Shown here: one piece after another, positions 31,440-39,888 of the stretch
How the letters are laid out: every line of letters begins with the position of its first letter
Position numbering within the stretch: the stretch's first letter is position 1
Assembly (NCBI GenBank): GCA_050951805.1
Contig: JBMNJT010000002.1
Span: 544,001 to 608,000 of the forward strand
Origin: Bacillota bacterium
Lineage (GTDB): Bacteria; Bacillota; DTU025
Reading direction: 5' to 3'
DNA: 64,000 nucleotides
Notes under the pieces: model-generated
What the model was told of the DNA's origin: nothing
Databases searched by the model: none
What the model saw: the letters and a program-made list of their open reading frames with translations, nothing else
Position numbers and translations under genes: made by a program

Positions 31440-32429
31440 ATGCCAGATCGTGATCAGAGCGGATATCGAATTAATCCAGTCTGGTACGGCGCAGTTTTGC
31501 TCATTGCAATCATAATTACCTTAATTGCGCTGTCGGTGTTCGGACGTTCGGACATGCATCCGACGGATCACGATGAGACTGGCGTTTCTGAATCTGCGTT
31601 CTGTTGGCAAGCGGATCTTCCCGAAGGTTGGCGGATGGTCCCGAACGTGGATGGAGGAGTAAGGTTTGTAGCGGAAGGATTCACAGTGGGTGGAATAGAG
31701 AGGCTCCCAGAGCTGCCTCAGGGAGAACGGGACCTTACGAGCTTGCTCTCTGAAAACTGGGTGATACTCTCCTCCATGCAGGTGGCTGTTGCGGCCGGAT
31801 GGGGAGCTGTTTTCGATATATCAGTGCCGGTGCACTCAGATGAATCAGCTTCTGAGCGCGGCTTTGAAACTGGGGAATCTCAATCGTACATAGCCGCGCC
31901 TACCAGGCCTGAAACCCACTGCCTTGTTCCGCTCGATGGTGTAACGCTAGATGTATGGACCAGGGAGAACACCGGCTTTCCTCCTAAAGAGGCCAGAGAT
32001 GCCGCCTTTTCCATTCTGCAAAGCTTAGGACTAAGTGGAGAATATGGCGAGATGCAGAATCGCCTCCCCGGAGAAGTGATGATGATCGCCGCCATATCGG
32101 ATGAAGCGTACCCAGATGGACGGATCTGGGGAGCCTTTGATGTAGAGGCAACAGTTCGCAATGTATCTGATGAAGATGCAAGCGATTTTAAGGTGTTGAT
32201 AACAAAGGCAGTCTCGAATCCTGCTTATCTCGAGTCAGACACGGAGGTTGACACTAGCCTGGACAGGATCTCTTCTCTTGACCCGAAAGCAGATTACATC
32301 CTGAGAATTCCGGGTCTGGAGATGAGTCTTCCGGAGAAGGATTACGAGGTGACTGTCGATATCATCGGCGGAGGGCGCCCACTCAAGCTCGGGGTGCGTA
32401 TGGCTTTTCCGCCGGGTTCAGAAGACTGA
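31440..32429 (+). CDS. Hypothetical membrane-anchored protein
   Basis: RBS GGGAGG, one N-terminal TM helix, 329 aa open frame. Confidence 0.65.
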   Translation: MPDRDQSGYRINPVWYGAVLLIAIIITLIALSVFGRSDMHPTDHDETGVSESAFCWQADLPEGWRMVPNVDGGVRFVAEGFTVGGIERLPELPQGERDLTSLLSENWVILSSMQVAVAAGWGAVFDISVPVHSDESASERGFETGESQSYIAAPTRPETHCLVPLDGVTLDVWTRENTGFPPKEARDAAFSILQSLGLSGEYGEMQNRLPGEVMMIAAISDEAYPDGRIWGAFDVEATVRNVSDEDASDFKVLITKAVSNPAYLESDTEVDTSLDRISSLDPKADYILRIPGLEMSLPEKDYEVTVDIIGGGRPLKLGVRMAFPPGSED

Positions 32430-33110
32430 ATAGCCTTCGATCAGCACTCCAGTTTCAAACTAGCAAGATCCAGCTTTGCGGTAACGCGAGTTTCAATATG
32501 GTGCAGGCGATAGACAGGGGGCACCTGGAAAGGCGGACGCATTTTCCGACGTGATCTGCGCCACTACTTCAGACTGAAAAAGGTCGCCCGCTCAAGTAAG
32601 GTGAGGCAGCAATCTTGTTCGAGCGGGCGCGTTCTACTGCGTGGACCTTCCAATCCAGAGCTCATCACATCAATGACGGCCACGTGTTAAGATGGCTGCG
32701 GCTACCTATGCTGATGCAATCTGCGCCAGACTGTTTTACGGTCCACATGCAGAAAGACGAAGCTGCTAGGCTGGGCCACAACATGACCATCCTGGGGTAT
32801 CTGCCTCAGACTTCGGGTGCGCCACCTCTTATTGACCACGAGACATCCATTGTTGCCTTGGAATCTGGTGTAGGCATGGCGATCAGTTCGGTTGAGCGCG
32901 ACACCAATTAGGAAAATTCATTTGTGGCCCGACAATGGCATTGTTGCTTAGAAGAAGCTCTGTGAAGGCCTATGGCGCAGGGCATTTCATTGAAGGGCTT
33001 TTGCAGGGTGCGTGTTTTTCTATCCATGAAGGCAGAAGTGAATCGATGCAGAGGCAAGAAGCGTTGCGATTGTAGGGACGTGTGGTTACGCCGTCGAATA
33101 GTCAATGAGA

Positions 33111-33224
33111 TTGCTTGTCCGAGCCCACAGGCCTTGGGCTCAGGCCTGAAACGGAGCTGCGGCATGTGGGCCGATAGGGCGTATCTGGAAACGGGTGTGC
33201 TTCCCGATTTGGAAAGGAGAGCAA
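33111..33224 (+). ncRNA. Moco RNA motif riboswitch candidate (P3-less, tungsten-cofactor-associated type)
   Basis: TCCGAGC..GCCTTGGG..CTGCGGC..TAGGGCGTATCTG-GAAA-CGGGTGTGCTTCCCGATTTGGAAAGGAG matches the Moco RNA layout (cf. E. coli moaA leader ...CAGGG..GAAA..GCCTCCCGTATCTGGAAAGG). Confidence 0.85.
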
Positions 33225-33237
33225 ACACCGGATTCTC

Positions 33238-33274
33238 GGGCCGGGGTCTGCCACCTTTCTGTGGCGCCCGGCCC
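33238..33274 (+). promoter_or_regulatory. Hairpin downstream of the aptamer (putative expression platform)
   Basis: GGGCCGGG..GCCAC-CTTTCT-GTGGC..CCCGGCCC; CCTTTC is complementary to aptamer GAAAGG. Confidence 0.5.
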
Positions 33275-33373
33275 ATTCTGTCATAAACTATCGACATTTG
33301 CCTGCTGCAGTTCCAGGAGACTTTTGGGGCATTGCAAGGCCGCTACAGAACGGCTGTAAGCGGAGGTGGGAAG

Positions 33374-34681
33374 GTGGAGGAATACAAAGGACGGCAAGGT
33401 GAGCGCAGAGAATATGGGAGCCGTAGGGAGAGACAGATCGCACTCATCGTATTCGCCGCCATCTGCATTATAGCTATGGCATTCATTTTCTTGTGGCCTC
33501 GGTTTGGTAGCCGAAGCTATGTCTTTGCCGTCGTCGGTGACAACCAGGGGCGGAACGAAGTCTGGAATGTCGTGATGGACGGGGTAAACTCCGACCGTCC
33601 TGATTTTGTGCTTCATTGTGGCGACATGGTTGCATCGGGCACAAGGGCTCAATACGGTGATTTCTTGCTCGGTGCGGAGAAGCTCAAAATGCCTTTTTAC
33701 GTTGTGCCTGGAAATCACGATGTTCGCGGAGAAGGACGAGAGTGCTTTGCTCAGCTCGTCAACGATCCGCCGTACTACTCGTTCGAACATGAAGGGTACA
33801 GGTTCATAGGCTTAGATGCCTCCGAGGGGAGCATCGACATGGAGCAGACGGAGTGGCTCAGGAACGAGCTGTCCAAGGATGGCCACAAATTCGTCTTCAT
33901 GCATGTGCCGCTGTATGACCCTCGTCCTGGAGGAGATCACTGCTTCCTCGATTCCGAGCAGGCGTTCGAGCTGGAGAAGCTGTTCAGAGAGAGCGGTGTT
34001 TTGGCCGTGTTCAGTGGGCATGTCCACATGTTCAGCCATGAAGAGCGCGATGGGGTCCAGTATGTGACAACAGGCGGCGCGGGAGCTCTCTTATACGCCC
34101 CGGAAGAAGAGGGCGGATTCTACCACTATGTCTTGGTCAAGGTTGACGGTGACCAGGTGGACATAGAAGCCAAGAAAGTGGAAGTGGAGTTTGAAGAGCC
34201 TTCTTTGACGTTGGTAGGCCCCGCTGGGGAGATCGAGTTGAGCCTCGGCGAGCTGGCGCTGATGGAAACCTTGGAGGTTGAGGCCGCTTTCGAGAACAAA
34301 TTCGAGAACCTTGGTGGGAAGGGCCTTTACGTGGGGGTTCCTGTAAGCCGTCTCGTCGAAATGGTCGGGGGGATGGTTCCAGGACAGACCCTCGTGGTGA
34401 CATGTGCTGATGGATATGCTCAGGATTATGCATACGAGAATCTCTACCCTTCTGAGCTGTGGGCAGAGATACAGGGCCCGATGATTTTGGCTTACGAAAA
34501 GGACGGCGCCACTTCGCCAAAGTGGCCGGAGTCTCCGAGGCTTGTTATGGCGTCTCCGGACGGGGTATATAGCAATGAGGACTGTGCAGACACATCCATG
34601 CCCGGGCAGGGGTGGAATGTGTATGAGTCTGCCGGCGCCAGATGGGCGCGGAGTGTAAGACGTGTTGAGGTCAAGGATTAG
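33374..34681 (+). CDS. Membrane-anchored calcineurin-like metallophosphoesterase fused to a molybdopterin-binding (sulfite-oxidase-fold)-like domain
   Basis: TM helix; GDNQG, HCGD, PGNHD, MHVP, SGHVH; C-terminal YVGVPV..LV..VGG..CADGY..MILAYEKDG..PRLV..WARSVRRVEV. Confidence 0.85.
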   Translation: MEEYKGRQGERREYGSRRERQIALIVFAAICIIAMAFIFLWPRFGSRSYVFAVVGDNQGRNEVWNVVMDGVNSDRPDFVLHCGDMVASGTRAQYGDFLLGAEKLKMPFYVVPGNHDVRGEGRECFAQLVNDPPYYSFEHEGYRFIGLDASEGSIDMEQTEWLRNELSKDGHKFVFMHVPLYDPRPGGDHCFLDSEQAFELEKLFRESGVLAVFSGHVHMFSHEERDGVQYVTTGGAGALLYAPEEEGGFYHYVLVKVDGDQVDIEAKKVEVEFEEPSLTLVGPAGEIELSLGELALMETLEVEAAFENKFENLGGKGLYVGVPVSRLVEMVGGMVPGQTLVVTCADGYAQDYAYENLYPSELWAEIQGPMILAYEKDGATSPKWPESPRLVMASPDGVYSNEDCADTSMPGQGWNVYESAGARWARSVRRVEVKD

Positions 34682-34727
34682 CCTTCGTTTGCGTGTGTTG
34701 GTAACCGAAAATGGAGGAGGTTATTGT

Positions 34728-35723
34728 ATGAGGAAGAACCGTCTAGCGTTGGTCGTGTTTCTCGCTTTTGTGGTCGGGTTTATGGCGATGCCCGTGTTCT
34801 GGATGCCTGCACAGGCCCAGAACAACTGGAAGGTCGAAGTAGTATCGGGACAGAGAAGCGTCACTTTGACAGAGACCGATTTTGGCAGGATGAAACCTGT
34901 GTCGGCTAAAGCTGCTTTCCTTAGAACTACAGGGCGAATAGAGGGGCCTGCGCTTTACAAAGGCGTACCGATGGAAGAAATACTCAAGAAGGTTGGAGGC
35001 ATCGATCAAGGCCAAGCCATTCGCGTCACATCTCGTGACGGGTACGCGATGACTTACAGCTATGCTCAGGTTTGCGGAGGAATTCTCACATATGACAATC
35101 AGCAGAGGGCTTTGCGCATCGGCGGAGTTGCCATGTATTTGGCCTATGAGTCGGATCGGGACTCCGCTGACAAACTCCCGAGAATAGTCTTTATGGACAA
35201 GGAGAAAACCGCGATCACTGACGGACATTTCTGGGCGAAATCGGTGGCCAAGATAGAAGTCGTTCCCGGGGTGGACGATTGGATGATTAAGCTTAATGGA
35301 ATAGAGAAGACGTATTTTGACCGAGCCACTTTCGAGAGCACCGTCAATTGTCCTAGCACTCCTCATCCGGGCGTCAAGTGGGAAACAACTGAAAAAGACG
35401 GTAGCAATTCGACGTACGAGGGACTTCCGCTCTGGATCTGGGTGGCCATGATGGACGGAGGGGACTTGCCTGCCGGGCATTACCGCTTCAATGATTCTCT
35501 TGCACGCAAGGGTTACAGAGTTGTAGTGGTTTCAGCGGACGGTTTCTCTGCAGAACTCGATTCGGGCCTGATGGCGAGAAACGATCGAATAATACTCGCC
35601 TACAAGAAAAACGGTCAGTATCTGTCGAAGAACGATGGCCCGCTGCGGCTTGTCGGAGAAGATCTGCCTTCGAAGAAACACCAAGTGAAGCAGGTAGTTG
35701 AAATCAGGTTAGAGGGCATATAG
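34728..35723 (+). CDS. Secreted protein with two tandem molybdopterin-binding-like domains
   Basis: Signal peptide ending AQA; YKGVPM..SRDGY..LAYE..WAKSVAKIEV and YEGLPL..SADGF..IILAYKKNGQYL..DGPLRLV..VKQVVEIRL. Confidence 0.8.
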   Translation: MRKNRLALVVFLAFVVGFMAMPVFWMPAQAQNNWKVEVVSGQRSVTLTETDFGRMKPVSAKAAFLRTTGRIEGPALYKGVPMEEILKKVGGIDQGQAIRVTSRDGYAMTYSYAQVCGGILTYDNQQRALRIGGVAMYLAYESDRDSADKLPRIVFMDKEKTAITDGHFWAKSVAKIEVVPGVDDWMIKLNGIEKTYFDRATFESTVNCPSTPHPGVKWETTEKDGSNSTYEGLPLWIWVAMMDGGDLPAGHYRFNDSLARKGYRVVVVSADGFSAELDSGLMARNDRIILAYKKNGQYLSKNDGPLRLVGEDLPSKKHQVKQVVEIRLEGI

Positions 35724-35796
35724 CGCAGAGTACTTTGTTGATCTGCAATATTGGTAACCGTTCGGCAGGGCAGTATTGTGTGGAGGGCTGGCATGG

Positions 35797-36852
35797 ATGA
35801 ATCCAGGACGAATGCGGAAAGCCTACTATTTCAGTACGCGAGATCTCGTCCTTATTGCGGCTATTAGCGCCGCTGGGGGCGTCCTCAGCACTTACGTTGG
35901 TTATCTGGGAAACCTCATGAACAAGGCTTTTGGCGTGCCCTTTGGTGCCGGTCAATGGATGGCAGGACTCCATGTATTCTGGTTCGTGTTTGCCAGGGCG
36001 ATTGTGGGGCGAACGGGAGCGGCATCCCTTACTGGGATCCTTAAAGGGATAGTCGAGATGTTTGCCGGCAGCACCCACGGATTTCCAATTGTAATTGTGT
36101 CAGCTGTTGAGGGAATTCTTGTCGATGTCGTGTTGTTGCCTTCGGGAAGTAACCCTTCCCTTGGGGCAATGTGCCTCGCTGGCGGGATTTCGTCTGCTTC
36201 CAACGTGCTCATATTCCAGGCCCTGTACTTTTCGGGGGTATCAATGGGCTATATGGGGCTGATAACCGCTTTTGCCTTCGCATCGGGGGCAGCGTTCGGG
36301 GGATATTTCACTGCAGGCGTGCTTGATGCTGTATCATCCGCCCACATACTTAAGGTCGATGAAGAGCGAAGGAGCGTCCATCGACCGCCAGTTGTCCGCA
36401 TGGGCGTTGCCATTGCGCTAGTGCTGGTTTTGGCCGGCGGAGCAGTGTACTACTATGCATGCGTCTTCGAACCTTTCTGGAATGGGCCTACATGCCGTGT
36501 CGAGGGCACGGTGGCTCAAGCTTACAATTACAGACCTATTGATTTTGAAGATGACAATGTCACGGTCGTCGCTGAGCTCAAGGGTGCAGTCACCCACGTA
36601 CCTCCCACGGATTACACAGGAGTTCCCTTGGCTGCGATTCTTGAACGCGCAGGCGTGGGCGAGTCGGCCACAGAGATTCAGGTTGTTGCTTCTGATGGGT
36701 ATTACGCCGTGTTCGACCTCGATGATGTTATGCGCCGTCAAGATGTTATTTTGGCGCAGGATGACGAAACGCTCAGGTTGATTGCCACAGGGTACGAGGG
36801 GGCCTATTGGGTCAGGATGGTATCCAGGATCGTGGTGTGCGAGGATGATTGA
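35797..36852 (+). CDS. ECF transporter S component fused to a C-terminal molybdopterin-binding-like domain
   Basis: FSTRDLVLIAAISAAGGV S-component start with about 6 TMs, an extra TM, then YTGVPLAAILERAG..VASDGY..VILA..LRLIA..YWVRMVSRIVV. Confidence 0.82.
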   Translation: MNPGRMRKAYYFSTRDLVLIAAISAAGGVLSTYVGYLGNLMNKAFGVPFGAGQWMAGLHVFWFVFARAIVGRTGAASLTGILKGIVEMFAGSTHGFPIVIVSAVEGILVDVVLLPSGSNPSLGAMCLAGGISSASNVLIFQALYFSGVSMGYMGLITAFAFASGAAFGGYFTAGVLDAVSSAHILKVDEERRSVHRPPVVRMGVAIALVLVLAGGAVYYYACVFEPFWNGPTCRVEGTVAQAYNYRPIDFEDDNVTVVAELKGAVTHVPPTDYTGVPLAAILERAGVGESATEIQVVASDGYYAVFDLDDVMRRQDVILAQDDETLRLIATGYEGAYWVRMVSRIVVCEDD

Positions 36853-38320
36853 CATTTCCGGCCTTAGAGTGCGGTATTATGGCTCCTCCGAACTCGCTCT
36901 AAGAGATATTGACCTCATAGTTGAACCTGGCGAGAGCGTCATTGTGACTGGCCCTAGCGGCTGTGGCAAGTCTACATTGGCGCTCTGCTTGGCAGGATTT
37001 GTTCCTCATGCCATTGGAGCTGAAGTAGCAGGCAGCATAAGGGTTTGCGGCATTAATCAGCGAGAAGCCAGCGTTTACCGGATTGCACAGCATGTGGGCC
37101 TTGTGCAGCAAGACCCTGAAGGGCAGTTCTGCACCATGTGCGTGGAGGATGAGGTTGCATTTGGGCCTGAGAATCTCCGTTGCTCGCCTTATGAGGTCGA
37201 AAGCCGCCTTGACAGGGCGTTGGCAACGACAGGAGTATCTCATCTTCGGGGGCGCAAGTTGACTGAGCTTTCTGGAGGAGAGAAGCAGAAAGTTGCCCTC
37301 GCTGCAGTGCTGGCCATGGAACCTGATCTCGTGATTTTGGATGAACCTACAGCCTATCTTGATCCGCGTGCCACCCGTGAGCTTATCGAGCTTGTGTCGA
37401 GGATGCGGGATGCGGATAGTAGGTTGACACTCTTGATACTGGAACATAAACCATGGCGTTTTGGCCATGCACTGGAACGGGTGATCCATCTTGACAGGGG
37501 TTCTCTCATGTACGATGGGCCTATCGGCGGTGCCGCTTTCGAAGAGGAGATCCTGGATCAGCTTCCACACAGCCACAGATCGCTTCACGGCTTTGGCGAG
37601 CCTTTGCTCAGAGTGCAGAACCTCTGGCAAGCCTATGGCGAGAGAACTGTGCTTCGCGATGTAGATTTGGAGGTTTGCAGAGGTGAGATTGTGGGACTGA
37701 TGGGCGACAATGGAAGCGGCAAGACGACTTTGCTCCATACAATTATGGGATTCTTACGGCCCTCGTCAGGCAGAGTACTGCTTGAAGGGGATGATATCAC
37801 CAACAAGCCGGTATCAGCCCGGGCCAGAAAAATCGGAATGATATTTCAGAATCCAAACCACCAGCTGTTTACGGACCGTGTGTGGAGGGAGGTGGTCATA
37901 GGTCCCTTATGTCAAGGTGACACTGAAGAAGAGTGCCGTCCTCGCGCAGATGCGCTCCTTGACTCATTCGGACTCTCTAGTTACCGCGATTCCCATCCGC
38001 TACTACTGAGCTACGGCCAGAAGCGCCGACTCAACCTCGCGTCAACCATGGCATCCAACCCAAGTCTCCTGTTGCTCGATGAACCCTTTGCCGGGCAGGA
38101 TGTATCGCGAGCCCGCGATCTCATGTGCATTCTGGATGAGCTTGCTTCAGAGGGTGTTGGAGTTTTGATCATAGGCCATGATCCCGATATCATGACCAGG
38201 TGTTGCGACAGGATCCTTTTCATGCGTGATGGAGAGATTCAGATAGACGCTCCTTCTTACGAGGCTGTAGCTGAGCTTGAAAGGAGGGGCGAACATGATT
38301 ACCTTCCCGGCAGATTCTGA
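36845..38320 (+). CDS. ECF transporter ATPase, fused A-A'
   Basis: Two NBDs: GPSGCGKST/QDPEGQ/LSGGEKQK and GDNGSGKTT/FQNPNHQ/LSYGQKRR. Confidence 0.92.
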   Translation: MIDISGLRVRYYGSSELALRDIDLIVEPGESVIVTGPSGCGKSTLALCLAGFVPHAIGAEVAGSIRVCGINQREASVYRIAQHVGLVQQDPEGQFCTMCVEDEVAFGPENLRCSPYEVESRLDRALATTGVSHLRGRKLTELSGGEKQKVALAAVLAMEPDLVILDEPTAYLDPRATRELIELVSRMRDADSRLTLLILEHKPWRFGHALERVIHLDRGSLMYDGPIGGAAFEEEILDQLPHSHRSLHGFGEPLLRVQNLWQAYGERTVLRDVDLEVCRGEIVGLMGDNGSGKTTLLHTIMGFLRPSSGRVLLEGDDITNKPVSARARKIGMIFQNPNHQLFTDRVWREVVIGPLCQGDTEEECRPRADALLDSFGLSSYRDSHPLLLSYGQKRRLNLASTMASNPSLLLLDEPFAGQDVSRARDLMCILDELASEGVGVLIIGHDPDIMTRCCDRILFMRDGEIQIDAPSYEAVAELERRGEHDYLPGRF

Positions 38321-39026
38321 CGGCTCAACTGCTGTCAGCAAACTGAACCCCATCACTAAACTGATCGTATTAGTATCGGCTTGTACAGTAGCTTTGCGGC
38401 TTAAGGAGCCTTTGCATGCCCTGATTTGTTTTGGCCTTATTCTCATTGGGCATCTTCTCACTAAGGTGAGACCGGCCATCTTGTGGCAGCGGACGAGAGG
38501 CATATTCATGTTTGGCATCATCCTTTTCGCTAGCCAGATCGCTTTGGTATGTGATGTGCCTTGGCAAACTCGGATTGCCAACGGAGCTTTGATGTCTTTG
38601 CGCTTTCTCAATGTGGTCCTGGCAAGCCATCTCTTTGTAAGTGTCACTAGCTCGGAGGATTTTGCCTACGCTCTCATGCAGGCCGGTCTCCCATACAGAT
38701 ACGGATTCGCCCTCCTTGCCACAATGCGTTTCGTTCCATACTTCAAAACGCAGGCAAATACGGTACTTCAGGCGCAGATGGCGCGGGGGATGGAAGTGGA
38801 TCGCCCCACGCCGAAAGGGATATTCCTCATGGCCAAGCACACCTTCGTTCCAGTCATTGTGACTGCCCTGAGCAAGGTTGATTCCCTCGCCATATCTATG
38901 GAAGGCAGATGTTTTGGCCTTTACTCTGACCGAACTTACCGTCGGAGAATCCCTTTTCACTGGTTGGATGGGGTTGTTATATGTGCAAGCATTGCAGGCA
39001 TAGTTGCGTCTTTCTATCTTATCTGA
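38295..39026 (+). CDS. ECF transporter T component
   Basis: LNPITKL, RFVP, AQMARG, AISMEGRCF (the two X-R-X coupling motifs). Confidence 0.92.
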   Translation: MITFPADSDGSTAVSKLNPITKLIVLVSACTVALRLKEPLHALICFGLILIGHLLTKVRPAILWQRTRGIFMFGIILFASQIALVCDVPWQTRIANGALMSLRFLNVVLASHLFVSVTSSEDFAYALMQAGLPYRYGFALLATMRFVPYFKTQANTVLQAQMARGMEVDRPTPKGIFLMAKHTFVPVIVTALSKVDSLAISMEGRCFGLYSDRTYRRRIPFHWLDGVVICASIAGIVASFYLI

Positions 39027-39131
39027 GCGGAGCGAAGATCTCTTTGCGCATTGAACCTCCGTGGCATGAATGCTAACATTATGGTGCTGAACGAACGAGC
39101 CAGTTCACGGGCTGCGGAGGGCATATGAGCG

Positions 39132-39818
39132 ATGAAATATGAATTGATTCTGTTTGATGCTGATGGAACGCTATTCGATTACGACAAGGCGGAACGGTAT
39201 GCACTTGAGCAAACTTGTCGCCAACATGGACTAGGATACGATCAACCTTTGCTGGAACGATACAGGGCTATCAATTCGTCGCTCTGGAGGCAGCTTGAGG
39301 AGGGCATGATCACTTCCTCAAAGATCAGGGTGGAGAGGTTCAGGAGGCTTCTTTCTGAAATCGGATCAGATGCAGAGTGTGACTGGGAGCAATTCGCCCA
39401 GCATTACCTCTTGCATCTCGCCGGGGGTGCCTGGCTCATAGACGGGGCAGAGGAGATCTGCCGCTACCTTGCTCCCTATTACAAGCTGGCTATATTGACC
39501 AATGGAATCAAGGAAGTCCAGATATCGAGGTTTCAGGCTTCTTCGCTCACACCATACATCGACAAGCTCATCATCTCGGAGGAGGTGGGGTACAGCAAAC
39601 CCCGTCCCGAGATCTTTGAATATGCAATGAAGACCCTGGGACAGGAGTGTCGAAGCACAACGATGATAGTCGGCGATTCGCTCACTTCGGACATGCGTGG
39701 GGGCAAGGACTTTGGCATCGCAACATGCTGGTACAATCCACATGGCATTGAAAATGGCACGGGCTTAGAGGTTGACTACGAGATACGCCGGCTGGATCAA
39801 TTGAAGGACATCTTGTGA
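39132..39818 (+). CDS. YjjG-family HAD nucleotidase
   Basis: FDADGTLFD, LTNG, ISEEVGYSKP, VGDSLTSD. Confidence 0.88.
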   Translation: MKYELILFDADGTLFDYDKAERYALEQTCRQHGLGYDQPLLERYRAINSSLWRQLEEGMITSSKIRVERFRRLLSEIGSDAECDWEQFAQHYLLHLAGGAWLIDGAEEICRYLAPYYKLAILTNGIKEVQISRFQASSLTPYIDKLIISEEVGYSKPRPEIFEYAMKTLGQECRSTTMIVGDSLTSDMRGGKDFGIATCWYNPHGIENGTGLEVDYEIRRLDQLKDIL

Positions 39819-39888
39819 TTGGATGCCCGAGTTAGCTCGGCTCCATGGAGGCCCTTCTCTTTTGCTATATCGATGGCTTTGCGGAGTT

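Noticed and set aside
32430-33100. Short ORFs (32615-32911 and others) upstream of the Moco RNA
   Set aside because: No RBS or recognisable domain; treated as intergenic or decayed DNA.
33374-36852. Annotation of the SUOX-fold proteins as active MsrP/sulfite oxidase enzymes
   Set aside because: No Tat signal, no evident Mo-ligating Cys at the expected position and no MsrQ/cytochrome partner; the context is transport.
39132-39818. HAD nucleotidase as a sixth gene of the riboswitch operon
   Set aside because: 105-bp gap containing its own promoter-like TTGAAC-17-TAACAT; YjjG is a common housekeeping enzyme. Not excluded, but unsupported.
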